Source: Lama guanicoe (Eukaryota). Taken from it: a stretch of 64,000 nt of DNA. Below, one piece after another: positions 10,316 through 23,514 of this stretch. A model generated the notes under the pieces. That model was not told where the DNA came from. It did not search any database and saw only the letters and a list, made by a program, of their open reading frames with translations. The stretch is taken from NCBI GenBank assembly GCA_013239625.1, contig MU053873.1:3548524-3612523 (forward strand), given 5' to 3'. The position numbers and the translations under genes are program-made. The first letter of the stretch is position 1; every line of letters begins with the position of its first letter.

Positions 10316-13289
10316 AAACACGTCTGGAAATAACATTGTCTTTATCATTGTGAAAGCCCAAAGTCTGAAATCACCTTCTTGATACTACAATGGGGACAAG
10401 TCCTTTGTGTCCCCAAATACGAAGTTTTTTGATTCTTAGATACGTTGGAGCCAAAACTAAAAGGAGCCTTAGAGACCATCAAGCTGAGAATCTGTCCCTT
10501 TTATCAGCACCAACACTCCTGTCTCATGACAAGCATTTTGTGACAGCCCCTTCACTTTCTTGAAACAAAATTGAAACGGTAAATCACCTACATACATCCT
10601 TTCAGAATATATGAATAATAAAATGTCCTAACTATAATATAAAAGGATAATAAAATGCAATGGATCATAATATATTTCAATACCTGAAGGCTTGGACACA
10701 GCTATACCAGAATGATGCACACAAGGAGCTGGATATTTGTGCTACTTACAATGGACAATTTTGGATAAGAAGGTAATATCGAAATGAACGTTTGACATTT
10801 TCATATGCCCGTGGAGAATCATGTTGAACATAATACAGCCAGACATGCAGGTTGACCCAGAGGTGATTTATTGGTGATGCAAACATGGTGGCAGGCAACA
10901 TTGTCACAAACTCCATGATTTTCCAAAATGGGGACGCATGGTTGGTCGAGTTCCCAGCTGAGGGTAGGGAGCTGAGGGTATCCATATGCTGATTCCCGTT
11001 AGCCATTGGAAAAAGGCTGCTCCTGGTAGGTGTTAATTCCCCAGAATTCCGGCTTCCCCATAGGACATGCAGATGCTGGTTGCCAGAAGTGATGCTCACA
11101 CACCACCACTGTAAGTTCTAAGGGATATGGGGGAGCACCCCTACCATCCAGGGGCAGATAAAAGACGTAAGGATAACCACTGGAGAGACGGGGCAGCTAG
11201 CAGCAGGGAGTGGCAAGAGGACCCCAAGAGAGCCAGGCGTGAGGGATGCACTCACTGAAACTTGCCAGTGGTGGACCCCAAGGAGAATGCCCACAGAGCC
11301 TGCTGCCTGTGCGTCTTTGAGCTGCAATCCTGTCTCCGTGAGTCCTGCTCACCCTCGGGCCCTATTCTCCCCATGAAGCCTCATCACAGCTTGGATTCCC
11401 CGAGCCTGCTGCGGAGCCTGGTCTCCGTCTCTCCTTGCTTGCACTGGCATCCTTAGGATGAAGCCACATTATTGAGTAGCTGGAAACTCTCTCTGCTCCA
11501 CACAACCTTGAAGCTCATCTCTGGGGTTATCGCTTTTAATGATGATGATGAGCCCACACTTTTTCATCTGTTGTTCTCATCCCTTTCTGCACAGTAAACT
11601 TAGGCTAATACTCAACACAACCGAAGAGATAGGCAGTGTTATTAATTCACATTACAGACGAGGAGACTGAGGCACAGAGAGCTTAAGTGACTTCCCCAGA
11701 GACACATAGTAAGTGATGGAGCCAGGAAAGGAACCCAGGTGATGTGGATCAAAGGCCCCTCTCAGTCACACTGCCTCTAATCCCGCTAATCAGTTCACGT
11801 GGACTGCCTCTAACCATTAGTCTACACTGCCTCTCAATTAGGGAAAGTGATTTCCTGGCCCTGAACGTTGCCCTTTTGTCGCTGAGGGATGTTTTTGTTT
11901 CACTGTCCTACTCAGGCTCTGCCCCTGCCTTAGCCGGAATTTGAATTTAGGCTGGAGTTCAGAGCAGCTTTTTGGAATCATGCAGGCCCCGCTCTGCCGC
12001 TCACTGGCTGTGTGACTTCTGCAGTCGGCTCCCCCTCTCTGTGCTTCCACGGGCTTGAGGAGGACTGAATCGATAACGCTTGGGAGTCCTTGCAGAGAGC
12101 AAGCGAACCTTGACACAGCCGGTTATTATGGGTTTGGGCTTTAGGCAGAGGCACTGGGACATCAGCGACCTCCTGTGTCTGCCCTGGATGTGGGGGCCCA
12201 GCTGAACCCCACCTTTAGAATCAGCCCAGCTCCAGAGGCTGAACGAGTCTGGCAATTTACTTCAGCACCCCGGGCCTCAGTTTCCCTCTCTGCAAATGGG
12301 GGTCATTATCACCCCCCCTTGATTGGAGAGAATACGGGAAAGCAGCCGTGGGCTCGGTGAAGTGGGGGCGGGGGGGCGTGGCCACTGTCACTGCTGCTCT
12401 AATAGTTGCTTATGCAGCTGCTGCTGTTTCCTTTCCGGTGATGGCTCCCTGCCCCTGACGGATACGTCAGAGTTGGGGGGGGAGGGGGGTGGGGCTCAGG
12501 AGCGGATGGTCTAGCGCCTCGTGCAAACCTCAGCTCTGCCGCTCCCTACCTGTGCCGCCCTGGGGAGGTGGTACGGCCTCTCTGAACCTCAGTTCCCTCA
12601 TCTGTTAAACAGGCTTGATAACGTGCCCGCCTTCCAAGGGCGTCGTTACCATTCAGCGCGGTGATGTAGAAAAGGCCCCCTCGCTGGGTCTGGCATTCAG
12701 TAAGCCCTGGTTTATGAAGTTTAATAAGGCCTCTCTGTGAGCAGGAGGAAGGAGTGGGTCGTGGGGGAGGAAGGGGCGAGGAGGGGTGGGTGTTGCCGTC
12801 CACCCCCCCCCCGCCCCCGTCGGGGGAGTCAGCTCCTGCCTTTCGCCTGCCTCCTTGCTGGGCATCCGTCACCCACCCTAGCCTGAGGCCCCACCCCGGC
12901 GCTCCCCTACACACCAAAGTAAAAGTAATTCAAGGTGATTTCTTGGCTGGGCCTAGTTTTTTAAACACGTGGGCTGAAATGACTGTGTTACTTTTTAACG
13001 GGGCCCCCACAGGCCTCCCACACACCAGCTGCATCAGTGTGGGGAGGCTGTAGGTGGCTGGGACGGGCTCTGGGTACAACAGGGAAACAAAGTCAGGGTT
13101 CGCTCGTGGAGGTGGGAGGGGCGGGGGCTGGTCTCTGGGCCTGCGGGAAGCCAGCTGTCACCTGACTGCCAGAGGGGAGACTCCCCGCCTCTTCCCACTG
13201 GGGGCACGGGGACTCACATGTATACCTGGCACTGCCGTGGTGCCCCCCTTAGGCCAGATGAAGGCACTGAGGCTCAGGGCAGAGATGCT

Positions 13290-13484
13290 TGGAGGTGGGG
13301 GTGGTGGGATGGGGCTCAGCCCCGAAGCTGAGGCTGCAGAAGATCTCTGGGCAGGGGGACATTTACTGATGCAAGGAAGAGAAACATGGGGGGGGGGGGG
13401 GGTGGGGTGGGGCTCAGCACAGAAGCTGAGGCTGCAGAAGATCTCTGGGCAGGGGGACATTTACTGATGCAAGGAAGAGAAACA
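13290..13484. repeat. Two-copy tandem duplication, 98-bp period, around a G15 run
   Basis: gaagctgaggctgcagaagatctctgggcagggggacatttactgatgcaaggaagagaaaca is identical at 13324-13386 and 13422-13484. Confidence 0.95.
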
Positions 13485-13559
13485 GTCCGGGGCACCACAG
13501 CATCCTGGCTCACCCGAATCTCTGCAGGTGCCCCCGGAAGTCTCCCCACATCCCCTTTG

Positions 13560-14100
13560 GCTCCGCGGTCACTGCTCTGAGCCACGGCCAGAGTCATCGT
13601 ATTAAACCCAAAGGCAGATCATGTCTTATTTCCTTCAAACTCTCCATGGCTCCCACCTCCCAGAGAAGAGTCAGAGTTTCTCAGAATCTGTAGAGCCCTA
13701 AATACTGACCCCACACCTTCTCTGACCCTCCTCCCCATCTCTCACTTAGCTCTTTCCAGACCTGGGGCCTCCTTGCTTGTCTCCATCACTCAGCCACACT
13801 CCTGCCTATGATACTTCCCATCTGTTCTTCCTCTGCCTGAAACGTCCTCATGACTCCTTCATGCCTGAGCTCAAACATCACCTCCTCAGAGCAGAGTTCT
13901 CAGACCATCACCCCTCATCCTTGTACCCTGCTTTCTTGTCCTTAGCCCTCACCATCTCCTGATGTCCTATTCAATATTTACTTGTTCGTTTATGTTCTGT
14001 CTTTCTCATAGAACGTGGGCACTGTGAGGGCGGGACTTTGTTTTGTTCACTTGCTGTGAACTTGAACAGGGCCTGGCATTTGTTGAGTAGGTTGATGAAA
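13560..14100 (-). mobile_element. Ancient LINE-2 fragment (similar fragments at ~3370-3690 and ~15200-15710)
   Basis: Typical L2 3' motifs: cacagtcatcg/gatcatgtc, ctcaaacatcacctcctcagag, tgagggcgggactttgttttgttcac...cctggcatttgttgagtagg. Confidence 0.6.
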
Positions 14101-14129
14101 ATCGAGCCTGGCAGACAGAGAGATGGGGG

Positions 14130-14480
14130 GGTGATGGATAGATGGATGGGAGAGAGGAAGGATGGATGGAAGGATGGGTGAATTAATAGGTGAAAAGAAG
14201 GGTATGGAGGGATGGAGGATGGATGGATGGAAGCATATAGGAGGGATGGAGGAAGGGATGGATGATGGATGGATGGATGATGGATGGATGGACAGGGGGA
14301 GGAATGGATGGAGGGATGGAAGGAGGATATAGGGGGGAGGGAGGGAAGGATGGTGGATGGATGGACTTGTACGGAGGGATGGAAGAATGAATAGAAAAAT
14401 GGGTGGGTAGAAGGAAGGATGGATAAATCAATGAGAAAAAACAGAAATATGGAAGGAAGACTAGAAGGAGGGATGGATGG
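14130..14480. repeat. Degenerate (GGAT/GGAA)n purine-rich simple repeat
   Basis: Repeated ggat/ggaa/ggag units. Confidence 0.9.
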
Positions 14481-14634
14481 ACTGGCAGATGGAGACACAG
14501 ACAGGCCAACAGACACAAGATCAGGGCAGGATGTGCATGTGGACTGATAAGGACTGGAGCCTGGAGCAGGAGCGCGGCTCACAGCCCTCCCCTGGGGCTC
14601 CCAGAGCCCTCAAGCCCTGCCCCCCGCCCCCCAC

Positions 14635-14712
14635 NNNNNNNNNNNNNNNNNNNNNNNNNNNNNNNNNNNNNNNNNNNNNNNNNNNNNNNNNNNNNNNNNN
14701 NNNNNNNNNNNN
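14635..14712. other. Assembly gap (78 N) within a C-run region
   Basis: Run of n flanked by poly-C tracts. Confidence 1.
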
Positions 14713-14820
14713 CCCCCCACCCCCACCCCGTGTTCTGCCCCTCCCGCGGGCTCTTCCAGGGCCTGGCGCCATCAAGAAGTGACGCGGAGGAACATGGCAG
14801 GTGGGGGACCGGCCCCAGGC

Positions 14821-14826
14821 TTTATT
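14821..14826 (-). terminator. CRYBB3: CRYBB3 polyadenylation signal AATAAA
   Basis: tttatt on plus strand, 115 nt after the stop codon. Confidence 0.85.
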
Positions 14827-14941
14827 GAGCAGATTCTGGGGAAGGGTGGCCAGGCAGGCCCTCACCCCGGCCCTGGAGCCTCCTCTTCTTGCCCTCGCTG
14901 CCCCCCAGGGCGGGCCTGGGCCACTGGGGCCTGGGCGCCCT

Positions 14942-15130
<189 letters not shown>

Positions 15131-16257
15131 TCAGCACGGCCAGCCACCAGTGTCTTACCTCCAGCCAGACCGAGTCTTTTAAAGCCAGCACCTGACCATG
15201 CTCTCTCTCCACCTGCCTAAGTCCCTCCTTGGATCCCCAGTGTCCTTGGGTTGAATTCAAACTCAGCCCTGCTCACAGGATCCCTCACTAAATGCCTCTA
15301 GCCTCACCTCTCATTCCTTCTTTACACCCCACACTCCAGCCTGCCTTACTCTTCTCTCCCTGAACCTGCATGTCTCTGAGCCTTTACACATGCTGTTCCT
15401 CCTGCCTGGAATGCTTTTCCTTGCCTCATCCTTATTTCATCCCCTCTTTCATTAGCATCCTTTACATCTCAGTTAGGATATCTCCTCCTCCAGAAAGCCC
15501 TCCCTGATTCCCCCAGGCTGAATCAAGTTCCTCATCAGGACTCCCAGAGCATCCCCCTTTACAATCCTGATCACAGTGAATTGTGAATACGTATTTCCCT
15601 GTCTCCCTATCAGACCGTGAAATCCCCGAGGGAGGAGTTGTGTGGTTATTGTTGCCTCCATGCCCTGCACATCATAGATGTTCAGGAAACAGTTGCTGAA
15701 TAAATTATTATCAGGAAGAGGTGGCACATTTCAAGGCTCCACCCCTAGATCACAAGCCCCCAAGTGAGATATAGTCACTGACAAAGGGAAGATGATCCTA
15801 TGGTTGCATTAACAGAGATATCAAGCCTAGAAGGAGGGAGGTGATGAGCTTGCTGTCCTATGTACTAGTCAGGGCACACCTACATATATGCTGGGCCCCC
15901 TGGTAAGAAGGACAAGGACTATGAAAAGGAAAGATAATAAGAGTTCAAAGGCCTAGGGATGTTCAGAAAAGGAGTGAAGGCTTTGATGGAGACAGGTAGG
16001 GGGAACATATTTCACTTAAGTCAAGGCTTCCTGGGAATCCAGTGGTTCAAAAGTGCAAGCAGTTGAACACCAGGGGCTCTTGAATGGGGCTTTGAGCAAG
16101 GATGATGTAGGAGCACTGACTTGAATGAAGGGCCTGCAGACCCAGAGGAGCAGAAACGTCAACTGTGTAGGAAACTGTGAACAGAGATTCTGTTTGGAGC
16201 CAGAGGCGAGACTAACTGGAGGACAGGGCAGGGGTAAGAGTGGGGCTGGGTCCCTTA

Positions 16258-16479
<222 letters not shown>

Positions 16480-17170
16480 TCAAGTCACCACAAAATAACC
16501 CCCAGAGCTGGCCTCCTTAGGAATCTCAGAGCCAGAGAGCCACCAAAACAAGGAGGGGGTGGGTGCGGAAACTTTCAGGTCCTGTTAAACTCCATCATTT
16601 AGCAGATGGGGAACCTGAGGCACAGAGAGGGTGGCAGGAGACCAGAATTATTATTAATGTAGGAAAATTCCCTCCCCAGATTCTGAGTAGGTCTGCCCAG
16701 CTGTCCGCCCCCAGTCCCTCCCAAGGAACATCTGCTCTGTGACAAGGAGGAAGGGCCGGAGCAGTGGCTGAGTGTGGGTGCAGTAGTGGGGACAGAAGAG
16801 CGACATTTTAAAGTGTCACTGTGGACCGAGTCTCTTTCAGGTGTTTGAGAAACACAAGTAAAGGACTGGAGCTGGTTTTGCAGATATTTCTGAAGCTCTT
16901 TTCCAGGCTGTGTTTCTTTGACTGGACCACGTGTCTCATAACTTTACCAGGGTTACAGAGGGATGTGCCAGTGTCCTGCTAGCTAATTCAATATGAAAAT
17001 CCTGGTTTCCTGACCCCCTAGCCCAGTGCCCATTCAATAGCCAACTTCCTGTCCCACACCACCATTTAGGTCAGAAAGAATGAGGGCGCTTCCCAGGCCA
17101 CGTCCACACCAGCTAAGCCCCTGGGCTGAGCTTGTGACAGGAGCATCTTGCTGCCAGAAGCTGTACTCAC

Positions 17171-17303
17171 AATGTGCAGAGGCCGGAGGGACAGGAGGCT
17201 GTCACTATGGTGGCTGTTGGACCAGGCGTCCCAGCGAGGATAATCCCCCTTCTCCAGGACGAACTGCTCCCCACGGAAGGCCCTGCACTCAAACGCCAGC
17301 CAC
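17171..17303 (-). CDS. CRYBB3: Beta-crystallin B3, exon 4 (motif 2)
   Basis: ctgcag|GTGGCTG...CACATT|gtgagt; translates to [44 protein letters not shown]. 133 nt. Confidence 0.97.
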
Positions 17304-18267
17304 CTGCAGGAGGAGAGTGGCCTGGGTCACCTCTGCTGCCCTGAGGGAGGACCCAAGTCTAGTGAAGGGGGGTGGTGGTGAAGAGCTGCCGACATTTGAC
17401 CCCGCACACTCCCTCCAAACCTACTATGGACCCCTGGTCCTGATATCGAGGGAGCTACTAGGCCATACTGGGAGCTGAGACTCTGAGCCAGAAAATCATC
17501 CTGGGAAATAATATTGAAAATTTATTTCATGTGCAGCCTCTGTGTAGGCTGCTCAGAAACATTTTGAATGCAATGCCTGGTACGCGTAGGTATTACACAG
17601 CCAACTCCTCCTCCTCCTCTTCTTCCTTCTCCTTTGTGTTATTATTATTACTATTATGTCGTTATTGTGTATGTGCATCCTTCCATTCATTTTCACAGAA
17701 ACTCTCTCTGAAGGTAACCTTTGTTGTCCCCAGTTGACAGATGAGAAAACAGAGGCCCAGAGGGTGAAGCACCTCACCAGGTTCACCCAGGTGGTTAGTG
17801 CCAGAGCCTGGACTTCCCACCTGAAGACGAGAATTCAGGGTCCAGCTGGGATTCCTGCGTGTCACGTGCACACAGACAGGACACTCAACTACTCCAGCCT
17901 CAGTTTCCTCATCTGTCAAGTGGGGCAGTTGTGGGGATTCAGTGACATAAGGCACGTTCCATTTGAGGTGGTATCATTACTATTAAAATTATAAGCATTA
18001 AATGCCAGTAGTCTGGCACTGAGCTAGGTGCTAGGGTGTCTTCCTCTGTCCTCTCTCCCCGGCACCCCTGCTACAGATCCCAGTGATGGAGAGATAGAAG
18101 GATTCTAAGAGAATCACAATTCAATGCTGTCATTTTACAGGTGGGAGAAGTGAGGCCAGAGATGGGGAGGAGTTGCCTAAGGCCCCACAGCAGAGCTGGG
18201 TCCTGGACCTCCTGACCCCCAGAGAGCTCAGGGCTGTGAGGAGGGGCCGGGGGGCCCAGGTACTCAC

Positions 18268-18386
18268 GGTCCCGACTCCACTTGGATGGAGCCCACTTTC
18301 TCCAGCAGGCTTTCCGTCAGGTTGGGGCACTCGGCCGTGAGCTCGCACCGCTTGCCCTGGAAGTTCTCCATTTCGTACACGATCAC
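18268..18386 (-). CDS. CRYBB3: Beta-crystallin B3, exon 3 (motif 1)
   Basis: ttccag|GTGATC...GGACC|gtgagt; translates to [40 protein letters not shown]. 119 nt. Confidence 0.97.
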
Positions 18387-19741
18387 CTGGAAGGGCAGCT
18401 TCCTGAGTGTCCCACCTTGGTGGGGGTCCCAGCCCCAGCCCCTGTCCTGCCCAGTCCTTAGGGCATTGGAGGGAGGTACCACCACCCGCTCCATCAGCTC
18501 TGCCCTTTACAGGCCTGAAGCCAGCATGGCTGCAGGCCTGCCCTGCCTTCTGGTGGCCACAGAGGGGAATGCCTCCAGGAACCTCTAAACTAGGGATTGC
18601 AACTCGGCTATCGGGCTGGAGTCAGTGCAGAATCCAGTAAAGCAAAATGACCGAAATGACCATTGGGAAGACGGTAGGGAAATAAAGCCGCTGTGGTCAG
18701 GAGGGGTTGTGGGCCCTGTTCTGAATTTTTTCAAGAGAAGCCAGAAATCTGTACTATTTCCTCAGTACGAAATTTCTCCCTTTAAAAAGCCCCTTGCAGA
18801 ACAATTGAAACCCCAGTTTGCAACAGTTGACGTCCGCCTGTCCCTAAACCTCAGTGGAAGGAGTTGCAAAGGCTGAGGAAGGTTTTGCCTCCTTCACCTG
18901 CCTAGAAGCACAAGCTGTCTCTGTAGAAGGTCCCTGGGGAACATCGGCTCTGGTCATTTTATAAGAAGGGTCGAGGGAGGCTCAGAAAGGGTCCTGGGCT
19001 GCACAGCAAACTAAGTGGAGGCACCGGATTCAATAAGTTCAGCCGGCTCTTTTCTCCCAAGCACAGATGCCAAAAGGAGCCAGGAAGGTCCGGCAGTGAT
19101 ACCCAGTTCCCTGTGGGCAGCTGCCTCCGGGCATTTGCCAAGGCCCACCGGGGTCACTAGACCGACCCTGCACTCTCCCAGGAGGGAAACAGAGGATCAG
19201 GCAGGAATGAAGCCCAGCGCCAGGCAGGCTCTTCCCTCTCGGTGTCCCCCACGCTGGTTAAAGCCCCCAGTTTTACCTCCTTTGTCAGCTCATCCTCAGA
19301 CCCCAGGATAGTTTGGAAAGGACAGAGCCAACAAACCCCAGCTCTCAGATTCTCCATTAGCTGGCCATGGTATTTAGCTCTCACACCAGCTCCGGGGACT
19401 AAGTCTGGATACTGGTCCCATTTTAAAGTCGGGGCTGTTGAGGCCCAGAGCGGGCCAGGAACTGAGGCAGGAAGCAGAGTCAGCACTGGGTCTCCTGAAA
19501 CCTCTGTGGAACCGACAGGGTGCGGGTGATGGGTTCCATTTTGCAAATGAGGACACAGAAGAGGAAGGATGCAGCAGAGCCAGGACGTGAGTTTACAGCA
19601 GAAAGCTGAGGGCTCCTCCTGGTCCCGGCTGGCTGGAAGGGCTGCTGCTCCTTTCTGGAGAGAGGCGGCCTGGCCAACTTGGCCCCGGGGACCAAGAGCA
19701 GCCCTGGGCCCAGAGCCGTCAGAACCCCTTCCTCCTGGTAC

Positions 19742-19816
19742 CTTGTAGCTGCCTCCGAGGCCTCCATGACTCTTGCCAGCGGCAGCCTGCTCCGGGGCAC
19801 TGCGCTGCTCCGCCAT
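19742..19816 (-). CDS. CRYBB3: Beta-crystallin B3, coding part of exon 2 (whole exon 19742-19830)
   Basis: ATG at 19816; translates to MAEQRSAPEQAAAGKSHGGLGGSYK; donor AAG|gtacca; acceptor ccacag|. The five coding exons sum to 636 nt = 211 aa + stop. Confidence 0.96.
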
Positions 19817-21069
19817 CCTGCCGGGAACACCTGTGGCTTCAATCAAAGGAGAATGGGTGAAACCAGGTGTCGATGTGATTGGCGTCGAGGCTGAGCTACA
19901 GAACCTGGCTGCCTCTGAGATGAGGTCGTTACTCACAACCTATAGTCGGTCGTTCAGTCACTCAGCAAACACCCATGGAGCTCATACTAGGGACCCCAGG
20001 GACGGGGACAGGGGGATCAGGGCCCCCATTTTACAGAGGGGAATCCTGAGGCCCAGGGAGGTGAGGCTGGGATTGGGCCCTTCCCTGCACCCAGAGCTCT
20101 GTGCGGACCCGGCACCTCCAGACCCCTCCAATGGGCTTCCTCCACTGGGACATCTCCCCCTTCCGCACCTCAAGCAGTAGTCTTTTGTTCTCTGATTAAT
20201 TCATTTGCCAAAGATTTCGTGAGAACCTAGTTGGTGCCTGGCCCTGTGCTGGCTGACAGGGATGAACAGAACAGAGTGGTGGCAGATGGACAGACAGATG
20301 GACAGCTAGAGAAGGCATGGGACACCCCCTCCAGCCCCGTTTCTCTGCATTCAGTTATTCACTCCCTATGTGTTTCTGGAGGACTGACTGTGTCCCAGTC
20401 GCTTAAAGAGACACAGGCACAAACAGAGCCCGGCAGACAGACAGACCCTCATCCCTAGGCGCTGTGCCACACAACACCCGGCCTGCAGCGGTCACGTGCA
20501 AGGATTCTCATGATGCTGCACACGCCGACACACAGGACAGTTTTCCTGTTTGGCAGCACACACACGTGCACACACGCACTCACACAGTCTCCCATGGTCA
20601 TTGGACATGGTCACTTCCCGCCTGTTGCACAAACACAGCCTACCCCTCCACTCTCCTGTACACATGCATGCCCACTGCAGACGTCCACAGTGTCCCTAGG
20701 GAACCACAGCTACACCCCACCCCTGCTGCCCAGCCACGCCTCCCGCACCCCCCACTCTTGGGAGCAGCTACTCTGGACACGGGCCCAGTGATGCACGGCC
20801 CACGGGCTGTCTGCCTGCCCGTGTCCGGCCTCAGCAGGAGGCCTCTCAGGAGATGCAGCAGCCCTCCAGTTTGCCCACTCCCCTTCCCCAGCTCTGCTCA
20901 GTCTTTGTAGCCCTCCTGCTGGAGCTCCAGCCCAAGGGCTCGACCCTGGCCTTGGTGGCTGTCCTGGGCCCTCGCTCTCAGCTCCAGCCCTCAAGTTTGT
21001 GCAGGGGGCCAGCCGAGCATGCCCCTCTGGGGGCCACCTGCCCCTCAGTCCCCGAATCCCAGAGTGAAC

Positions 21070-21120
21070 CTGTTGCAGTCGCCTTGGGAAGAACCGAGGG
21101 GTTGCGCCGTCTGCAGACTC
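21070..21120 (-). other. CRYBB3: Probable CRYBB3 non-coding exon 1
   Basis: Lies about 25 nt downstream of a TATA-like box. The candidate donor CAG|gttcac is weak, so the boundary is uncertain. Confidence 0.5.
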
Positions 21121-21200
21121 AGCCTGCTGCCGCAAGGCGCACCCTATTTATGCGCGCTTTCTGACAGCCCAGCACATCCCGGCTTGCTGAGGCTGCGCCC
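21112..21200 (-). promoter_or_regulatory. CRYBB3: CRYBB3 promoter: TATA-like CATAAATA and MARE-like elements
   Basis: CATAAATA (minus) at 21145-21152; tgcagactcagcc at 21112-21124 (2 mismatches to TGCTGACTCAGCA); ctgacagcccagca at 21161-21174; TGCTGAG at 21185-21191; local CpG enrichment. Confidence 0.7.
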
Positions 21201-21929
21201 TGTCTGCCCGATTCCGCTCGGGCCATTTCACCCTAATAGCAGGGCCAGGGAGGCCCCCGTGCCTGTGTGTCCTCAGCCGTGGCCTCTGGTGACTTCCTGG
21301 GGGGCAGACAGACCACATCAGCTCTGTGGGCAGCCCGACAGCACCGGGAGGGGGGCTTCAGGGCGGAAAGCTCCCCAGGGCCCCCCAACTCCCTTTCCTT
21401 GTCTTCCTGTTGGGTGCGTGGCGTCCTTGCCATGGCGCCAGTGCCTGAAGCCAGGGGCCCTGGAATCTCTCCATTTTCCCATGTGCCATGTGGCCTAAAT
21501 GTTAAGTCCGATGACCCTAAAATACCCTCCATGTTGGGTGTTAGTCCTTCCAGCCATTCCCACGGGAAGTTGTAACAGACCCAGCAAAGACGCAAATGTC
21601 TTCTTAGCAAATGTCTTCTTAGACATACACACATACATGCAGACAGTCAGACAAAGACGTTTTTCACAGAGCTGTTTCAAGTATGAAAGTATTGGAAATC
21701 AAGTAGAAGTCCAACAAGAAAAGTTGGTAAAATAAATTATGTTGATAATAACAAAAAATAACAATTATCAAACACTTGCTATGCCAGGCACTATGAGACT
21801 CACTCGTCTATTTTGCAATCTTCAAAAATGTCTAAAGCACGTGCTTAACATTACCCCTATATTGTGAATATTTCCAGCAGTCAACTGAGTTGCATTGGTG
21901 ATTAAAAAAAAGATTCACTTTCTTCATAC

Positions 21930-22085
21930 AGAAAGCATATATGACAACAGTAGAGCACAGGAAATTATATTTAATAACTTGTAATAACCTATAATAGAAA
22001 AGAATATGAAAAAGAATGCATCGCTTTTTGCTATAAATCAACTATACTTCAATTAAAAAAAGAAAAAATATATGAAAAGAAGGCA
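21930..22085 (+). mobile_element. Short LINE-1 3'UTR/tail fragment
   Basis: agcacaggaaattatatttaataacttgtaataacctataat...aaatcaactatacttcaattaaaaaaa closely matches the L1 3' ends at ~50190-50320 and ~63110-63240. Confidence 0.75.
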
Positions 22086-23004
22086 TACACAAATAACAGT
22101 GACCATTTATTGAAGACCTACTATGTGCACAGCACTCTGCTAGCTTCACAAGCATTCAGTCCTCATGCTGCCTTCTGTAGGGGAGGAATTGAGATCCCCA
22201 CTTTATAGAGGGGGAAACTTGAGTTCAGAGAGGTGAAGTCACTTACCCGGGGTCACACAGGAGAGAGAAGGAGGGGCTGGCCTGCTCCAGGACCCAGCTC
22301 TTAGCCTCAGTAGAAATAAAGATGATCATGACAGTCACCTTATTTATGATCAAAAAAAAAAAAAAGATCCAGGCATTTGTGTGTGTGTGTGTGTCTAACA
22401 AAGAAAAACTTCACCCATGATAGCTACAGAATTCTCCTGCTTTTAGGCCATTTTGCTTTTATGAAAGATCTACGTTAATTAGTACTTGTTTTCACTAACT
22501 GAAAGGAATCTGGAGAGTTTTTTTTGCTTTTAAGAAAAAAGGCAAAAGGTGAAAATCACGTTCAGTGTTCATTTTACAGTGAGCCCGGTCAGAGGCAGGA
22601 CCCAAGACCCCTGTACCCCTGGACATGTGAGTGACAGCTGGACTCTGGAAACAGGTGGAGCTGGGTGACCTTGGATGACTTACTGAAAGTCAGAGCTACA
22701 GCCTCCTCACCTATGAATGGAGATTCTTACTCCAGCCATTGAGAGATCAGGAAAGCAAAGCACTCATTTTTGTTACTTTATTACTTCTACTCACTGAAGA
22801 TCCCTCCTACTAATGACCATTTCAGCCAAGGGGCTACTTCCCGCTGGTGCTCATGGAAAGCACAGCTGGTTTCAACCCTTTAACCTGGGATTCAGTGGCC
22901 ACTTGCGGGGAATCTAAGGGGAAGACAGTGGTGGAGACAGCCTATCAGGTGTGACTCCCCCCACCATCAGTTCCTTAGATCCTGAAGACCTACTATGTGC
23001 CCAG

Positions 23005-23228
23005 ATTCTCAACTATTCGGCACTATTGCCATTTGGGGCTGGATCATTCTTTGTGATGATGGATTGGGGGAGACTGTCCTGTGCAGTATAGGATTTTACC
23101 AGCATCCTTTGTCTCTTCCCACTAGTTGCCCTTGGCAACGCCCTACCCCACTGTGATAACCAAAAATGTCTCCTGTCATTGCCAGTTGATGTCCACAGGG
23201 GCAAAATCCACCCAACTGAGAACCGCTG
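23005..23228. mobile_element. MER20-like DNA transposon
   Basis: ttctcaac..ggcactattgccatttggggctggatcattctttgt...gggggcaaaatccacccaactgagaaccgctg. Confidence 0.75.
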
Positions 23229-23514
23229 CCTTAACCTTTTGTCCACTAATGTCACTGTCACCACCCCTATTTTGGAGAATGGTGGGGGTTCAGACACACC
23301 CCAGAGTCAGGAGGAGGCAGAATGAGGATTCAACCCCCACGTTGTACGGACATCCTGCTTTGTGTCCACAGGGCCCCTCTCCCAGGACCCCCGCTACGCC
23401 CTCCCACTGCCTGGCCCCCAGCTCAGCACAGAGGAGAGACTGACTCAGCTGGTGACAGGCATGCATGCGTGGGGCCGCCCATTCATCCACATACTGACAC
23501 GCCCACTTCTCCAG

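Noticed and set aside
21592..21621. 15-bp tandem duplication GCAAATGTCTTCTTA upstream of the CRYBB3 promoter
   Set aside because: Real, but an ordinary microduplication with no evident function.
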